Source of the DNA: a virus
DNA length: 64,000 nucleotides
Virus record (IMG/VR): IMGVR_UViG_3300037313_001572
Direction: 5' to 3' (one strand)
The number at the start of each line of letters is the position of its first letter. Within the stretch, counting starts at the first letter, position 1. Both the position numbers and the translations under genes were made by a program. The notes under the pieces are model-generated. The model did no database searches, was not told the origin of the DNA, and worked only from the letters and a program-made list of their open reading frames with translations. Positions 18,610 through 27,868 of this stretch are shown here, one piece after another.

Positions 18610-20133
18610 TTAAACGCCGTCGTTGACGGAGGTGTCCGTGAGCCGCTTTTTGAATTCCGCATCCTGCGGACTGGTGGCGAATCGATCCAATGGGTTCTCC
18701 TGCATCGAGGTAGTTCCCAAGGGAGTCGGCGCCGCGGTGTTCTCGCCAAACAAAATCGTGCCCGGCGATCCATACTCTGGATTCCCCTTGTCCATCTCTT
18801 CCTTCTGCTGCGGTAGACTTTGCGGGGCCGGCTGCGCATTGATCTGCTGCGCGCGCTGCGCGTCGGAGGCATCTTTCTGCTTCGCCTGAAATGCGGCATC
18901 CTGCGCGGCCACATCCGACATTTGTTTCGCCTTTGCCTGCTCTGCTGCTTTCAGCTGATCGGCTCCGGTAATGGGCGGCTCCTGCGCGGCATTCGAGGAT
19001 CCCATCAACTCCGCCGGGTTGATTCCGGCGAAGGGAGATTGAGGAGCGGTCGCATTCGCGGCGGCGGCCGGCGCGGCCGGCATGTCGGACAACGAATCGA
19101 AGAAGGATCCGTGCTGCGGGCTGCTGCTGGCTCCTGTTCCGGCCGATGGGCTTGCGGTTTGGACGTCTGCCGGATGCACAAAACGAACGCCATTCTCGCC
19201 GCCTGGGGTGCCGTATTTCTCCGCGATCTTCGCGCCGCCCATGGTGTCGTAACGAGGATCGTATTCGATTGCCTCGGTCGTGCGACGATCGCCGCCGGGG
19301 GTGCGCGCCGTGCCTTCGCCGGTCTGCAACGTCTTTTGACCGAGCACGCGCTCTCCGCGGTAGTCGAAAGCACCAGCCCCAGTGTCCGTGACTTCGCCGG
19401 TACTCGGCGCCGGGTTTTCCCGAAGCCACTGTGCGCGCTGTTGCGGCGTCCACGTCTGCCATTGTCCGCCGGTACGCGCGTGCATCACCTGATCGAAGGT
19501 AGGAGACACTCCCACCTCTCGGGGCCCGCTGTGGGTTTGCACCGTGGAGACCAGGCCGGCGCCTGTCTGGGTGACGTGCGGATTCATCCCATTGGGAAAA
19601 GGGATGGCATCGACCGCTTTTTCCAGCGGGGTTCGCTCACTTCCAGGAGTGTTCACGGCCGGGGAGCGCAATGGCGTCTGACCCGGAGACGTTCCCGGAA
19701 CCGGGATACCCGTTACCGCTCCTGCCATGGCGTTGCCGGCGTTCTGCACGGCTGCCGATACCTTTCCGGCGGAATTGGTGTTAGGCGTCGCGCTGGTCGC
19801 CTGTGACGAAATTCGGCGTTGTTGCGCCTGGGCAATTCCGTCCATCCGAATGGTGGCATCGGCGATATCCTTGGCGGACATTTCGCCGTGAACTACGGGA
19901 AGAGCGGACTCCATGGCGCCGTTTTTGATGAGATTGGCCCGCTGATTTCGCAAGGCGGCCACCAATTCGGCGCGATGCTGCTCCTGCTGCATCTGGTGTG
20001 CCGCGGCCTTCTCCGTGGCCAGATTGCTCATCACAGTTCCCGCGCTGGGCGGGCCGTAGGGTGCGTAGGGGCGGCTCATGTCTCCCGTATTTGGGAAACC
20101 TTCGTCAAAGTCAAGTGAACGCCGCCAGTCCAA
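18610..20133 (-). CDS. Putative internal virion / ejection protein (507 aa, A/P/Q-rich)
   Basis: Lies between terL and the giant protein; low-complexity composition typical of podovirus core proteins. Confidence 0.55.
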   Translation of the reverse strand: MDWRRSLDFDEGFPNTGDMSRPYAPYGPPSAGTVMSNLATEKAAAHQMQQEQHRAELVAALRNQRANLIKNGAMESALPVVHGEMSAKDIADATIRMDGIAQAQQRRISSQATSATPNTNSAGKVSAAVQNAGNAMAGAVTGIPVPGTSPGQTPLRSPAVNTPGSERTPLEKAVDAIPFPNGMNPHVTQTGAGLVSTVQTHSGPREVGVSPTFDQVMHARTGGQWQTWTPQQRAQWLRENPAPSTGEVTDTGAGAFDYRGERVLGQKTLQTGEGTARTPGGDRRTTEAIEYDPRYDTMGGAKIAEKYGTPGGENGVRFVHPADVQTASPSAGTGASSSPQHGSFFDSLSDMPAAPAAAANATAPQSPFAGINPAELMGSSNAAQEPPITGADQLKAAEQAKAKQMSDVAAQDAAFQAKQKDASDAQRAQQINAQPAPQSLPQQKEEMDKGNPEYGSPGTILFGENTAAPTPLGTTSMQENPLDRFATSPQDAEFKKRLTDTSVNDGV

Positions 20134-22414
20134 GCCCGCTGCGTAAAGAAATGTCGCCTGCGTCGGTATCGGAATGCAGAGAAGTGAAGACCGCCGGCGG
20201 CATGTACATGGTGGCCCGCTCGATATTTGCCAGTCCGATGCCGATACCCATCACCCAATCGTCATGGCACCCGGGCTTCGCTTCTGCGCGGCCGCGGTCG
20301 GTCACGATGAAGGTCTTCAGTTCCACGATTGCCGGCATAAATTCGCAGTCCAAGGCGTCCTCGGAGACGTAATTCGTGATCGCGTTCACCACGATTGGAC
20401 GCGTGTCTTTGTTCGTCTCCCATCCGATGACATTGATTCTCTCGTTGGGGTGGACATTGTCCATCTTCTCGCGCTGGTAGATGCGGCACCCGGCGCGGCG
20501 AAGCTCGTTGAGCATTCCAAGCCCGTTGCCGGTCTCGGGAATAATCTCGCACCCCCCATACCAGTCCAAAAGCATGCGCATGCGCTCCGCATAAAGTGCG
20601 TCGTCCCACCGGCATCCGGTCGGAACATCGATCGCCGCCACGAGGCGCGGCTTTCGCCACCGGCCGCGATCGTCGAAGTAACCTTGCCGCAGGATTCCGC
20701 CAGCGTGCGCGTCTGGGAACAGGCTGCCCTCGCTCTGCTCGCCCTGGCACGGATCCAGGAACGCGATGTAGGAGCAGCCGGCGGCTGGCCGCTCTTTCAC
20801 CCAGAGCCAATTATCCGAGTCTCCTCGAGGCATGAAATTGATGCCGCCGCGCTCGCCCTTCTCGAGTACACCGGTTTCTGCGATTCCGTAGGAAACGCGC
20901 GCCACCTTTTCCCACCGTGAGAGCACGTCGAGATTGAATTTTGGCCGGCCCGACGCAAGGAAGCAGCTTTCGGCGTCTTCCGGGAAATCCTGGTCGAACA
21001 TACGCACATCGTTGGCGCAGTCCTTTTTGATCTTCATGCGGCGCCAGGCGATTTGCTCTGGTGACCAGTTGTAAAGGTCGATACCGCGGCGCTCGCGGTG
21101 GTCAAGATCGGAAGAAAAGTAGTCGGCGTTGTCCGCCGTGCGCGCCAGCTTGTGCTCCGGGAAGTAGAACCAGGCTGCGAAGACCTTGATCCAGCCATTT
21201 CCAACGACACCCTTCTTTCGCTGCTCAAGCGTCACGGCGTCCTGCCACGTCTCGTAGAACCAGCCTGATGCGCCTTCAGCCGTGCTCTCCGCCGCGCAAA
21301 GGGTATTGGGTTTGTCCGGGAGAGAGTTGAGAACGGCGGTGATGACCTTCTTGTCCCGCCCGCTGTTCTTCATGTAGCGGGCCGCCTCGGTCAACCACAC
21401 AATTTGCCGGGTGCCAGAGATACCGGCTTTCGGATCGAGCGCGGTGTCGTGCTCCACGACTGCCTCGCTTCCATCGTCCATCTGGAAAACAATCTTTTCC
21501 GTGTTCGATTTGATGATGGCCGTGTCCCACTGGAAATTATCGTGCTTGGGGATGTCCTGGAACATTTGCCAAACCTTTTCCGTCCGCTTGGCCACGTCCC
21601 CCATCATAATCATGTCGAACTTGAACCGCCGGATGTGGTGATAACATACCGCGGCGCAGTAAGTAGAGCATCCAACCTGGCGCGGCTTCAGGATGATGAG
21701 CCGAATCGGGATGCTATTATCTAGGCAATACTGGTAGGCATCGGAGATTGAGAATTGCAGGATGTTAGGAATCGGAGTTCTCCACACGTGCTCCTTATCC
21801 TCTATCTCCGTGAATCCTGCGAAGTGCACCAGCGGGCTGTTGCGCACCATCTCGATGCCGATTTCCGCAGTCATGTCCGGAATTTTCGGCGCCTCCACCT
21901 CCGGTATATTCATCGAGGGAAATCGCCGGCCGCCTTTGAACTCGTGCCAGTTCTTTCGCATCCATTCATCCAGTCCTTTGCCTGGCCGGTATTGGCAATT
22001 CGTCAAGAGCTCGAATTCATCGGCCGCTTCATCAAAGGAGGCGGCAGTGATTCGATACAGCACCTTGGCAAGAAAGAGAATTGCCAGCGTTGGGGCCCGG
22101 CTTTCTCCCTGGTTGCAGTGGATGAGGATTTTCCGGCCTTCCTCCCACGCGTGCCGCATGAATTCTATGAAGGAGTCGAACATTTCACGCTGAAAGAGCG
22201 GAGTGCTCGGATCGATCATGTTCAAAAACAGGTCGTTCCCCTCGCGATAGGCGAGATAATTTGAGGAGCTCGAGTCGGGCCGGCTGCCACACTTGGAGGC
22301 ATGGCACGGATGCTTGCAAGCATGCACCACGCTCCACTCTGGGTTACCCTCTACGGCTTTGCAGTCCTCGAGCGAGCCGACGTAGAGGTTATCGATTACC
22401 CGGCAACGGGGCAT
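20111..22414 (-). CDS. terL: Terminase large subunit with N-terminal dual-specificity-phosphatase-like domain
   Basis: IILKPRQVGCST (Walker A), VWLTEAA (Walker B), ESTAEG coupling motif, FLDPCQG and HDDWVMG nuclease motifs; N-terminal ~160 aa has NLYVGS..D and ILIHCNQGESRA (CX5R). Confidence 0.9.
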   Translation of the reverse strand: MPRCRVIDNLYVGSLEDCKAVEGNPEWSVVHACKHPCHASKCGSRPDSSSSNYLAYREGNDLFLNMIDPSTPLFQREMFDSFIEFMRHAWEEGRKILIHCNQGESRAPTLAILFLAKVLYRITAASFDEAADEFELLTNCQYRPGKGLDEWMRKNWHEFKGGRRFPSMNIPEVEAPKIPDMTAEIGIEMVRNSPLVHFAGFTEIEDKEHVWRTPIPNILQFSISDAYQYCLDNSIPIRLIILKPRQVGCSTYCAAVCYHHIRRFKFDMIMMGDVAKRTEKVWQMFQDIPKHDNFQWDTAIIKSNTEKIVFQMDDGSEAVVEHDTALDPKAGISGTRQIVWLTEAARYMKNSGRDKKVITAVLNSLPDKPNTLCAAESTAEGASGWFYETWQDAVTLEQRKKGVVGNGWIKVFAAWFYFPEHKLARTADNADYFSSDLDHRERRGIDLYNWSPEQIAWRRMKIKKDCANDVRMFDQDFPEDAESCFLASGRPKFNLDVLSRWEKVARVSYGIAETGVLEKGERGGINFMPRGDSDNWLWVKERPAAGCSYIAFLDPCQGEQSEGSLFPDAHAGGILRQGYFDDRGRWRKPRLVAAIDVPTGCRWDDALYAERMRMLLDWYGGCEIIPETGNGLGMLNELRRAGCRIYQREKMDNVHPNERINVIGWETNKDTRPIVVNAITNYVSEDALDCEFMPAIVELKTFIVTDRGRAEAKPGCHDDWVMGIGIGLANIERATMYMPPAVFTSLHSDTDAGDISLRSGLGLAAFT

Positions 22415-22418
22415 CCGA

Positions 22419-23375
22419 TTACGCCGATTTGGCCGGCGTATCGAAGAGCGTCCACGTGTCCGCCGCGGTGCAGACCGCGCGCACGCCCTTGCTGGCCAGC
22501 AACGTCACCGAGGCATCAGCGGATCCGCCGTTGATCGTTCCTCCGGTGGCCGGATAAATCTTGCAGTTGGTCGCCGATGTATTGATGACCAGGAAGTCAT
22601 AACCTGTAACGCCGGTCGGAAGCTTCACTCCCTTGGCTGCCGAGTCACTGCTGACCGTCTGAATATCCTTGGCAACGAGTGCCGCGGCATCGGTGGTAGT
22701 GGATCCAGCGGCGGCCACGGGAGTTGCGACCGTGGCGCCCTTGATAGTAACTCCGCCGAGGGTGTTGGCGCCGGTCGAGGTTTTGAAAGTGCCGGTCGAG
22801 GCACTGAAATCGTTGGAGGCGGATCCGGTTGCCGTCAGGCCGCTGGTTATGATGGGCCCGGTAAGGGGAAGCCCGCTGGCGTTGGAGATACCATCGGTGC
22901 GCTGCCAGGTGCTGGCCGCGACCTTGACGTAGCTGATGACCTGGTTTACCGCGAGACTCGAGGGAGTCAGGCCGTTGACGGTCAACCCGCTGGCCGAAAG
23001 CGTCAGCGCCGTGATGATGTGGCTGCTGACCACGGAGAGACGTTGACCGATGCGCGAATTTGCGTTCGTGGGGAAGGCGACCGTGAGCGCGGCCAGGGTG
23101 CCGGCGGGCGTCAGGTTGAGCAACTCGTCAGCCTTGGCCGTTCCAAAGGAGACCGTGCCGCCCGTGGTGGGACTCGAGGTGGTAACCACTTGCACATTGC
23201 CCAGACTGCCGCTCGGAGTCACGAAAGCGCCATTGTCATCGATGTAGGCCACCACGGCGCCCGTCTTCGGGTGAATGAGGGCGACGCTCAGAACCGAAGC
23301 GGAAACTTCGATCGGCGGAAGTCCGAGTTTGATGCGGATGGCGTCGGCTACTGCGCGGAGATTCAAAATGCTCAT
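22419..23375 (-). CDS. Putative virion structural/decoration protein (318 aa)
   Basis: T/S/G/A-rich beta composition; late operon. Confidence 0.55.
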   Translation of the reverse strand: MSILNLRAVADAIRIKLGLPPIEVSASVLSVALIHPKTGAVVAYIDDNGAFVTPSGSLGNVQVVTTSSPTTGGTVSFGTAKADELLNLTPAGTLAALTVAFPTNANSRIGQRLSVVSSHIITALTLSASGLTVNGLTPSSLAVNQVISYVKVAASTWQRTDGISNASGLPLTGPIITSGLTATGSASNDFSASTGTFKTSTGANTLGGVTIKGATVATPVAAAGSTTTDAAALVAKDIQTVSSDSAAKGVKLPTGVTGYDFLVINTSATNCKIYPATGGTINGGSADASVTLLASKGVRAVCTAADTWTLFDTPAKSA

Positions 23376-23444
23376 AGGAAAGAAGTGGGTGCTTCGGGTT
23401 CGTTCCCGCTATTTGTCAAACGCCGTTTCGGCGCAAGAAAATTC

Positions 23445-23678
23445 TCACTCCAACATTTTCAACGCCTCGATCGATTCCATTTTAACGCACCGGACGCAGC
23501 CGCGGCGGAAGGTGCTGGAAGTCTCCTTGCGATGGTCTTCCGGGTGGCAAACAACGCCGGTAATAATCTCGTGAGTAGCCAGGCCGCCGCGGCAATCGTC
23601 GCGCAGATGACACGCAGATGCGAAGTTTGATGAAACCGGCTGAACCTTGATGAAGGTGATTGGGAATGGCGAAGTCAT
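23445..23678 (-). CDS. Small Cys/His-containing hypothetical protein
   Basis: Fills the gap in the operon; CHLRDDC and CVRC. Confidence 0.35.
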   Translation of the reverse strand: MTSPFPITFIKVQPVSSNFASACHLRDDCRGGLATHEIITGVVCHPEDHRKETSSTFRRGCVRCVKMESIEALKMLE

Positions 23679-23718
23679 AGGCGATGGTCTACGCGCAATT
23701 CCTCATCCTGGTCAAACA

Positions 23719-23748
23719 AAAGGGCACCGGGATGAACCGGTGCCCTTT
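23719..23748 (-). terminator. Intrinsic terminator hairpin
   Basis: AAAGGGCACCGG-GATGAA-CCGGTGCCCTTT just after the stop of 23770..25113. Confidence 0.7.
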
Positions 23749-23769
23749 CAATGTTGATGACGAATCCGA

Positions 23770-25113
23770 CTACTGATTCGCCGGCGGCTGAGTCGGCGGC
23801 TGTGCGGGCGGCGCCGAAGTATCGGGCGAGTCGGGCGCGGGGGATGCCGCGGTATTCGCTGCCGGATCGGATTCGCCAGCGGGCGCCGCCGGCTGCTGCT
23901 GCTCGACGGGCGGCGCGGTGTCCACCGGCTGCGGAGTCGGCGCGGGTTGGCCGGCGGTCTGCACGGACACCGCGGTCGCACCAGTCGGCGGGATCGTCGT
24001 GGCCGTCTCGTTCACCACGGGATTGCCGGCGGCCGGTTCCTGCGGCTGCTCGACCGGAGCGGATTCGATGACCGGCGCGGGATTGGCGAGCGTGAAGTCG
24101 ACATAGTATTTCTCGCCCTGCTTGATCTTGCCGAACAGCGCGGGATTGTTGCAACTGATCTCGAAGTTACCGCTGGGACTCCACTTCGCGAAATCGTTAT
24201 CTTCATCCGTGCCGTCCTCCGGGTAACCGTGCTGCACCTTGTCTCCGCCAACGCATGTCATCTGGTAACTCTCGCAGACAATTTGGCTCAGTGTCGGATC
24301 GGCGCCGCCCTTATCGGTGCCATACGACTTGACTCCAGTCACCAGCATCTTGCAGCGCATGGATGGAGCGGCGATCTTGGTGGCGAGGTCGACGGAGACG
24401 GGAATGTTGACTTCCGAGTAACCTTTCTCGAATGCGTCCGCCGGGCTGTAACTAACATACCCGTTTTCGTATTCCACGAGATAGCCGCCAAGTTCCGGCG
24501 CGAAATGTTTCATCCAGTCCAGGCCGACGACAGCCAGCGCGCCGTCAGCGCCAAGGAGGGACAACTCGGTGCGGCCGGTAGCATCGCTGTTGATGCTCGT
24601 GATCTTGGCACCACGGACGATCTTGTGCGACTGGTACCGCGGCATATCCGGCAGGGCTCGCACGGCGGCCTGCGCGGCATCCGGCTGTGACACCGATTCC
24701 GCAACCTGCGACGCAACCGGCTGGACGGAAAGGTTATCCTGGCCGAGGTCGTGCAGGGGCCCGTGAGACGGAGTCAGGGTGTCCGCGGCATTGGCGAGTT
24801 TGACGAGGCCGAGATTCCCTTGCTGGTCGATCGTCACGGTGTCGCCGGGTTGCGGGTTGTGCGCGGCGGCGAAGCCGAGCGGGACGCTGATCTTGGAGAG
24901 GCGCGGATTCTCGGGGTGAACGTCGATGCCGCCGCCGGGGACGGCGCTCGGTTGGGTGCCCTTGATCTTGAACACGCTCACAATCTTCTGCTCGAGATTG
25001 TGGAACATGGTGGGCAGGCTGCCCCAGGCGATGCCGATATTGAAGCGCGGCTTGGGGGCCGGCGCGGTGTTGACGGTGGAGGACGACGGTGCGGAGGAGT
25101 TGGTAGGTTCCAT
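23770..25113 (-). CDS. Multi-domain hypothetical phage protein (447 aa)
   Basis: Contains YQSHKIVRGAKI..GGYLVEYENGYVSYSPADAFEKGY and MRCKM..DEDNDFAKWSPSG..NPALFG..YYVDFT modules plus P/A-rich ends. Confidence 0.65.
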   Translation of the reverse strand: MEPTNSSAPSSSTVNTAPAPKPRFNIGIAWGSLPTMFHNLEQKIVSVFKIKGTQPSAVPGGGIDVHPENPRLSKISVPLGFAAAHNPQPGDTVTIDQQGNLGLVKLANAADTLTPSHGPLHDLGQDNLSVQPVASQVAESVSQPDAAQAAVRALPDMPRYQSHKIVRGAKITSINSDATGRTELSLLGADGALAVVGLDWMKHFAPELGGYLVEYENGYVSYSPADAFEKGYSEVNIPVSVDLATKIAAPSMRCKMLVTGVKSYGTDKGGADPTLSQIVCESYQMTCVGGDKVQHGYPEDGTDEDNDFAKWSPSGNFEISCNNPALFGKIKQGEKYYVDFTLANPAPVIESAPVEQPQEPAAGNPVVNETATTIPPTGATAVSVQTAGQPAPTPQPVDTAPPVEQQQPAAPAGESDPAANTAASPAPDSPDTSAPPAQPPTQPPANQ

Positions 25114-25151
25114 GGCCGGTCACTGCAACATATCCTCCGCAACGGTGTCAA

Positions 25152-25231
25152 TGCTGCTCACCGGCCGGAATCGAACCGAGGGCTCCTTAGCCGGGCGTTG
25201 AACCCGGTTCCGTGCATCACTGCAAGGTGGC
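25152..25231 (-). tRNA. Degenerate tRNA-like element (possible pseudo-tRNA-Leu(CAA))
   Basis: T-arm CTCGG-TTCGATT-CCGGC; perfect 5-bp stem CCGGG-TTCAACG-CCCGG; 4-bp D-like hairpin; acceptor stem only ~4/7 paired; no CCA. Confidence 0.35.
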
Positions 25232-25391
25232 TGGAGTTTCCAAACTCCCTCGATGAGCAAGGCGCCACGGGCGGCCGAGTGAAACACTCCCGAAACCGGT
25301 CTCTCGACGAGCACAAGTATCCAGAGATTATCATCTGCCGGCCGCCACGTGACACCAGCATCCCTACCCCGTCTCCCGGCATCCGCGCAAC

Positions 25392-25428
25392 AAAAAACCG
25401 GCCGGCACCCCTAAAGGCACCGGCCGGT
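25392..25428 (-). terminator. Intrinsic terminator
   Basis: ACCGGCCGG..CCGGCCGGT stem followed by TTTTTT on the minus strand. Confidence 0.6.
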
Positions 25429-25546
25429 CGCACGAGCAATGACAAAACCCGGGGTACCAAACCTGGTCGGCATCGCTTCTGCCACCTCCCACCCCACCAG
25501 TCAAACTTTTCCTCGCGTAGCGTCCGCAAAATTTTTCGAAATTCCA

Positions 25547-25832
25547 GTATCCGGCCACCGGTTTCCGCCTCTCTCCACCACAAAAACGCCCTCCTTTTCT
25601 CTGTATCCGGCCACTTGTCGCCCATTGGGCGACAGCACACCATCGCCGCCTTGCAACGGACACTTGTTCCTGCCACCTTGCTGCCTGTATCCGGCCGGCG
25701 TCCCTGTCCCGCTAATCAGGGCTCGCGCTGCAAATGGCTCGGTGTGGCAATGGAGACCATCGCCCTATCGGCGCCTTGGTCTGGGAAACCGATGGTTGTG
25801 CATCGGAATCCCAGTCACGGCCGGCCGGATAC
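25547..25832. repeat. GTATCCGGCC boxes: three direct (25547, 25603, 25687) and one inverted (25823-25832)
   Basis: Exact 10-mers read directly in the non-coding region downstream of terS. Confidence 0.7.
25616..25634. promoter_or_regulatory. 19-bp palindrome TGTCGCCCA-T-TGGGCGACA, copy 1
   Basis: Perfect 9-bp inverted repeat; further copies at 25997-26015 and 60998-61016. Confidence 0.75.
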
Positions 25833-25996
25833 CACTGCGTCCAGCGACCGGTATCAGGGTAACATCCGCTCGTGCGAGGCTCCGATGCGGGAGAGGGCAT
25901 TGGATTATGGCCGCCAATACGAGTTGAGGGGTGCCGGGTGGGGTAGCGACCCTCCGCCCCGACCATCCCTCCCGGCGACCGGCCGCCGGCTGCAGC

Positions 25997-26015
25997 TGTC
26001 GCCCAATGGGCGACA
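25997..26015. promoter_or_regulatory. 19-bp palindrome TGTCGCCCA-A-TGGGCGACA, copy 2
   Basis: Read directly. Confidence 0.75.
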
Positions 26016-26039
26016 CGGCCGCCGGTTGCCGGCATCCAG

Positions 26040-26109
26040 ATGCAAGTTGGTTGCATCTTTGTGGGTCAAAAGGCGGGTTTTGCCGCATCCATATGCAAGT
26101 TACTTGCAT
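26040..26109. promoter_or_regulatory. Two ATGCAA-N5-TTGCAT palindromes (26040-26056, 26093-26109)
   Basis: ATGCAAGTTGGTTGCAT and ATGCAAGTTACTTGCAT at the terS 3' end. Confidence 0.65.
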
Positions 26110-27020
26110 CACGGCTGCTGGTGATGCGTGGCCCGGGCATCGAACAGGGCCTTGAGCGTGCCGGCGACCACGGCCGCCACGGTCTCGGCAGCGACCGGCT
26201 GCCGGCCGGCGGCCCGGCGGCTGGCTTCCGGCGTCTCCGGGGCATCGATCTTGCCGCGGAGCTTGAGCAGGAGCTCGGCATCCTTGGTGTTGCGCACCCG
26301 TTTGTAGCCTACGAGTAGGCCACCTTGGTAGACGGGAGCGGTGTCGCCGATGGTTGCGCCTCTGAAGACGGCCGCTTCGACCAGGTCCGTCGCGTGGGCG
26401 ACCGCATCCGCCGAGGCGCGGGCGAACTCCGGGCTGGCCGCCTGGGCATTCTCCACGCTTTGCCGGCTCACGTTCACCTTCCGGCAGGCCAAAGCGATCA
26501 CTCCGCCGTATTCCATCAGCGCCAGGACGTAGCGCGCCTGCCACTGCGGCAGCCGTTGCAGCTGGTCGCCCAGAGATTCCGGCGGTCTCGCGCGCGCAAG
26601 CGGCTCAGAGGAAGCCGGGGCGTAGCCCGCGATGGCCAAAGGCTCCGCCTGCTGCTGCTCCGGATGCTCCGCCGATTGCCCGTGCTCCGGCTCCCTGATA
26701 TCGGCTACAGTCGGTTGCTCCTGATTCGCTGTTGCCCGTTCCCTGATACCTTCCGGATGCTGTTCATGCTCTGCTGGCTGTGGAGGGTGATCTGGCTGGC
26801 ATTTTGAGATGATGTCGGCTTTTTCGTCGTTGAGTGGGTCGGGTTCGTAGGCGTCCTCTAGGGCTTCGTCGAGAGGGTAGGGCGGGGGTTTTGGGACGAG
26901 AGTGGGGTCGTAGCCTTCTTCTATCGCTCTTTCGCGCTTGGATTTGCGGCGGCTGGTTTGGGCGGGAGTCGTGTCGGCTTCGTAGTCGCCGTTGGATTGG
27001 TCGTAGTCGGTATCGCTCAT
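26109..27020 (-). CDS. terS: Terminase small subunit (likely start ATG 27020; ORF track extends it to 27371)
   Basis: YVLALMEYGGVIALACRKVNVSRQSV..PEFA..A..A.DLVE..FRGA..G..PVYQGG.LVG...DAELLLK pattern of HTH-type TerS. Confidence 0.75.
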   Translation of the reverse strand: MSDTDYDQSNGDYEADTTPAQTSRRKSKRERAIEEGYDPTLVPKPPPYPLDEALEDAYEPDPLNDEKADIISKCQPDHPPQPAEHEQHPEGIRERATANQEQPTVADIREPEHGQSAEHPEQQQAEPLAIAGYAPASSEPLARARPPESLGDQLQRLPQWQARYVLALMEYGGVIALACRKVNVSRQSVENAQAASPEFARASADAVAHATDLVEAAVFRGATIGDTAPVYQGGLLVGYKRVRNTKDAELLLKLRGKIDAPETPEASRRAAGRQPVAAETVAAVVAGTLKALFDARATHHQQP

Positions 27021-27397
27021 AGGTCGGAGGGGTTGAGGATGGCGCGGTATCCGTGGAATCCGCAGGCTGGGCAGTGGACGTGGCCGGGTTCTGGGTGCTC
27101 GAGGAGGGCGCAGCCGTTGGGGCAGACTCCGTCCTCTTCTCTGGTGCGGCTGCGGACGTAAGCGCGAAGATCGGCAATTGCGGCGGCAAGGTGAGGGGCT
27201 GGCGGATAGACTAGGTGGGGCGAGGCGTCCAGTTCCTCGATCGCTTTTAGCATCCACCGGGCGTGGGCGCCGGATTCGTGGCACTGGAGGCAGACGGGAT
27301 AACGGTTCTCGGGCTCGTCGGTGTGTCCGTGAGTTCCCATCACCTCTCTGATTTGGTCGCAGACTACGCACGGTTTCTTCTCGGATTTGTCGCTCAT
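27017..27397 (-). CDS. Zinc-finger hypothetical protein
   Basis: CxxC, CxxCH, CPNGC and CPACG; ATGA-type overlap with terS. Confidence 0.55.
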   Translation of the reverse strand: MSDKSEKKPCVVCDQIREVMGTHGHTDEPENRYPVCLQCHESGAHARWMLKAIEELDASPHLVYPPAPHLAAAIADLRAYVRSRTREEDGVCPNGCALLEHPEPGHVHCPACGFHGYRAILNPSDL

Positions 27398-27634
27398 GTC
27401 AGGGTTTCTATGTATAAAATTTCGCGTTTAAATGCCCGTGGTACGGACTCTGATGCTTTGTTGGGTGCCCTAAAATACCTTGCATTCCGTACTGGTATTG
27501 TGTTCTTTTACTCTGGAGAGTGTCATTCGTGAAACCCGTTTTCCGAATGGTAACATAGCGGACACCCGCTTGATTTCGGAAAATGTTTCCGATTTGAGCC
27601 CGGCAGCCACTTTTGGCGACCGCCGGGCCGTGAA

Positions 27635-27832
27635 TTACGGCATCTCGTCGCCGTCGTTGTCGCTGGGCGCGGCGGGTGCGCCGCCAGGCTGCGCGGGCTG
27701 CATCGGCATCTGCGGCTTGGTGCCGCCTCGATCGTTGCCGCCTGCCGGTTTCTGCATCGGTGGCCGGCGATGCGGCGGCGCCGAGTGGCTCTTGCCGCCT
27801 TGCGTGTGTGGCCAGGGGTTGGACTGTGACAT
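27635..27832 (-). CDS. Small P/Q/G-rich hypothetical protein
   Basis: Position between neighbouring ORFs. Confidence 0.4.
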   Translation of the reverse strand: MSQSNPWPHTQGGKSHSAPPHRRPPMQKPAGGNDRGGTKPQMPMQPAQPGGAPAAPSDNDGDEMP

Positions 27833-27868
27833 GTGGTGGTCTCTCTTTCTAGCGGACGGATCCGCGGT

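Noticed and set aside
24751-26544. Long ORFs across the terS-late intergenic region (24751-26124, 25765-26544, 25158-25676)
   Set aside because: No motifs and R/P/G-rich; better explained as a GC-rich regulatory region plus shadows
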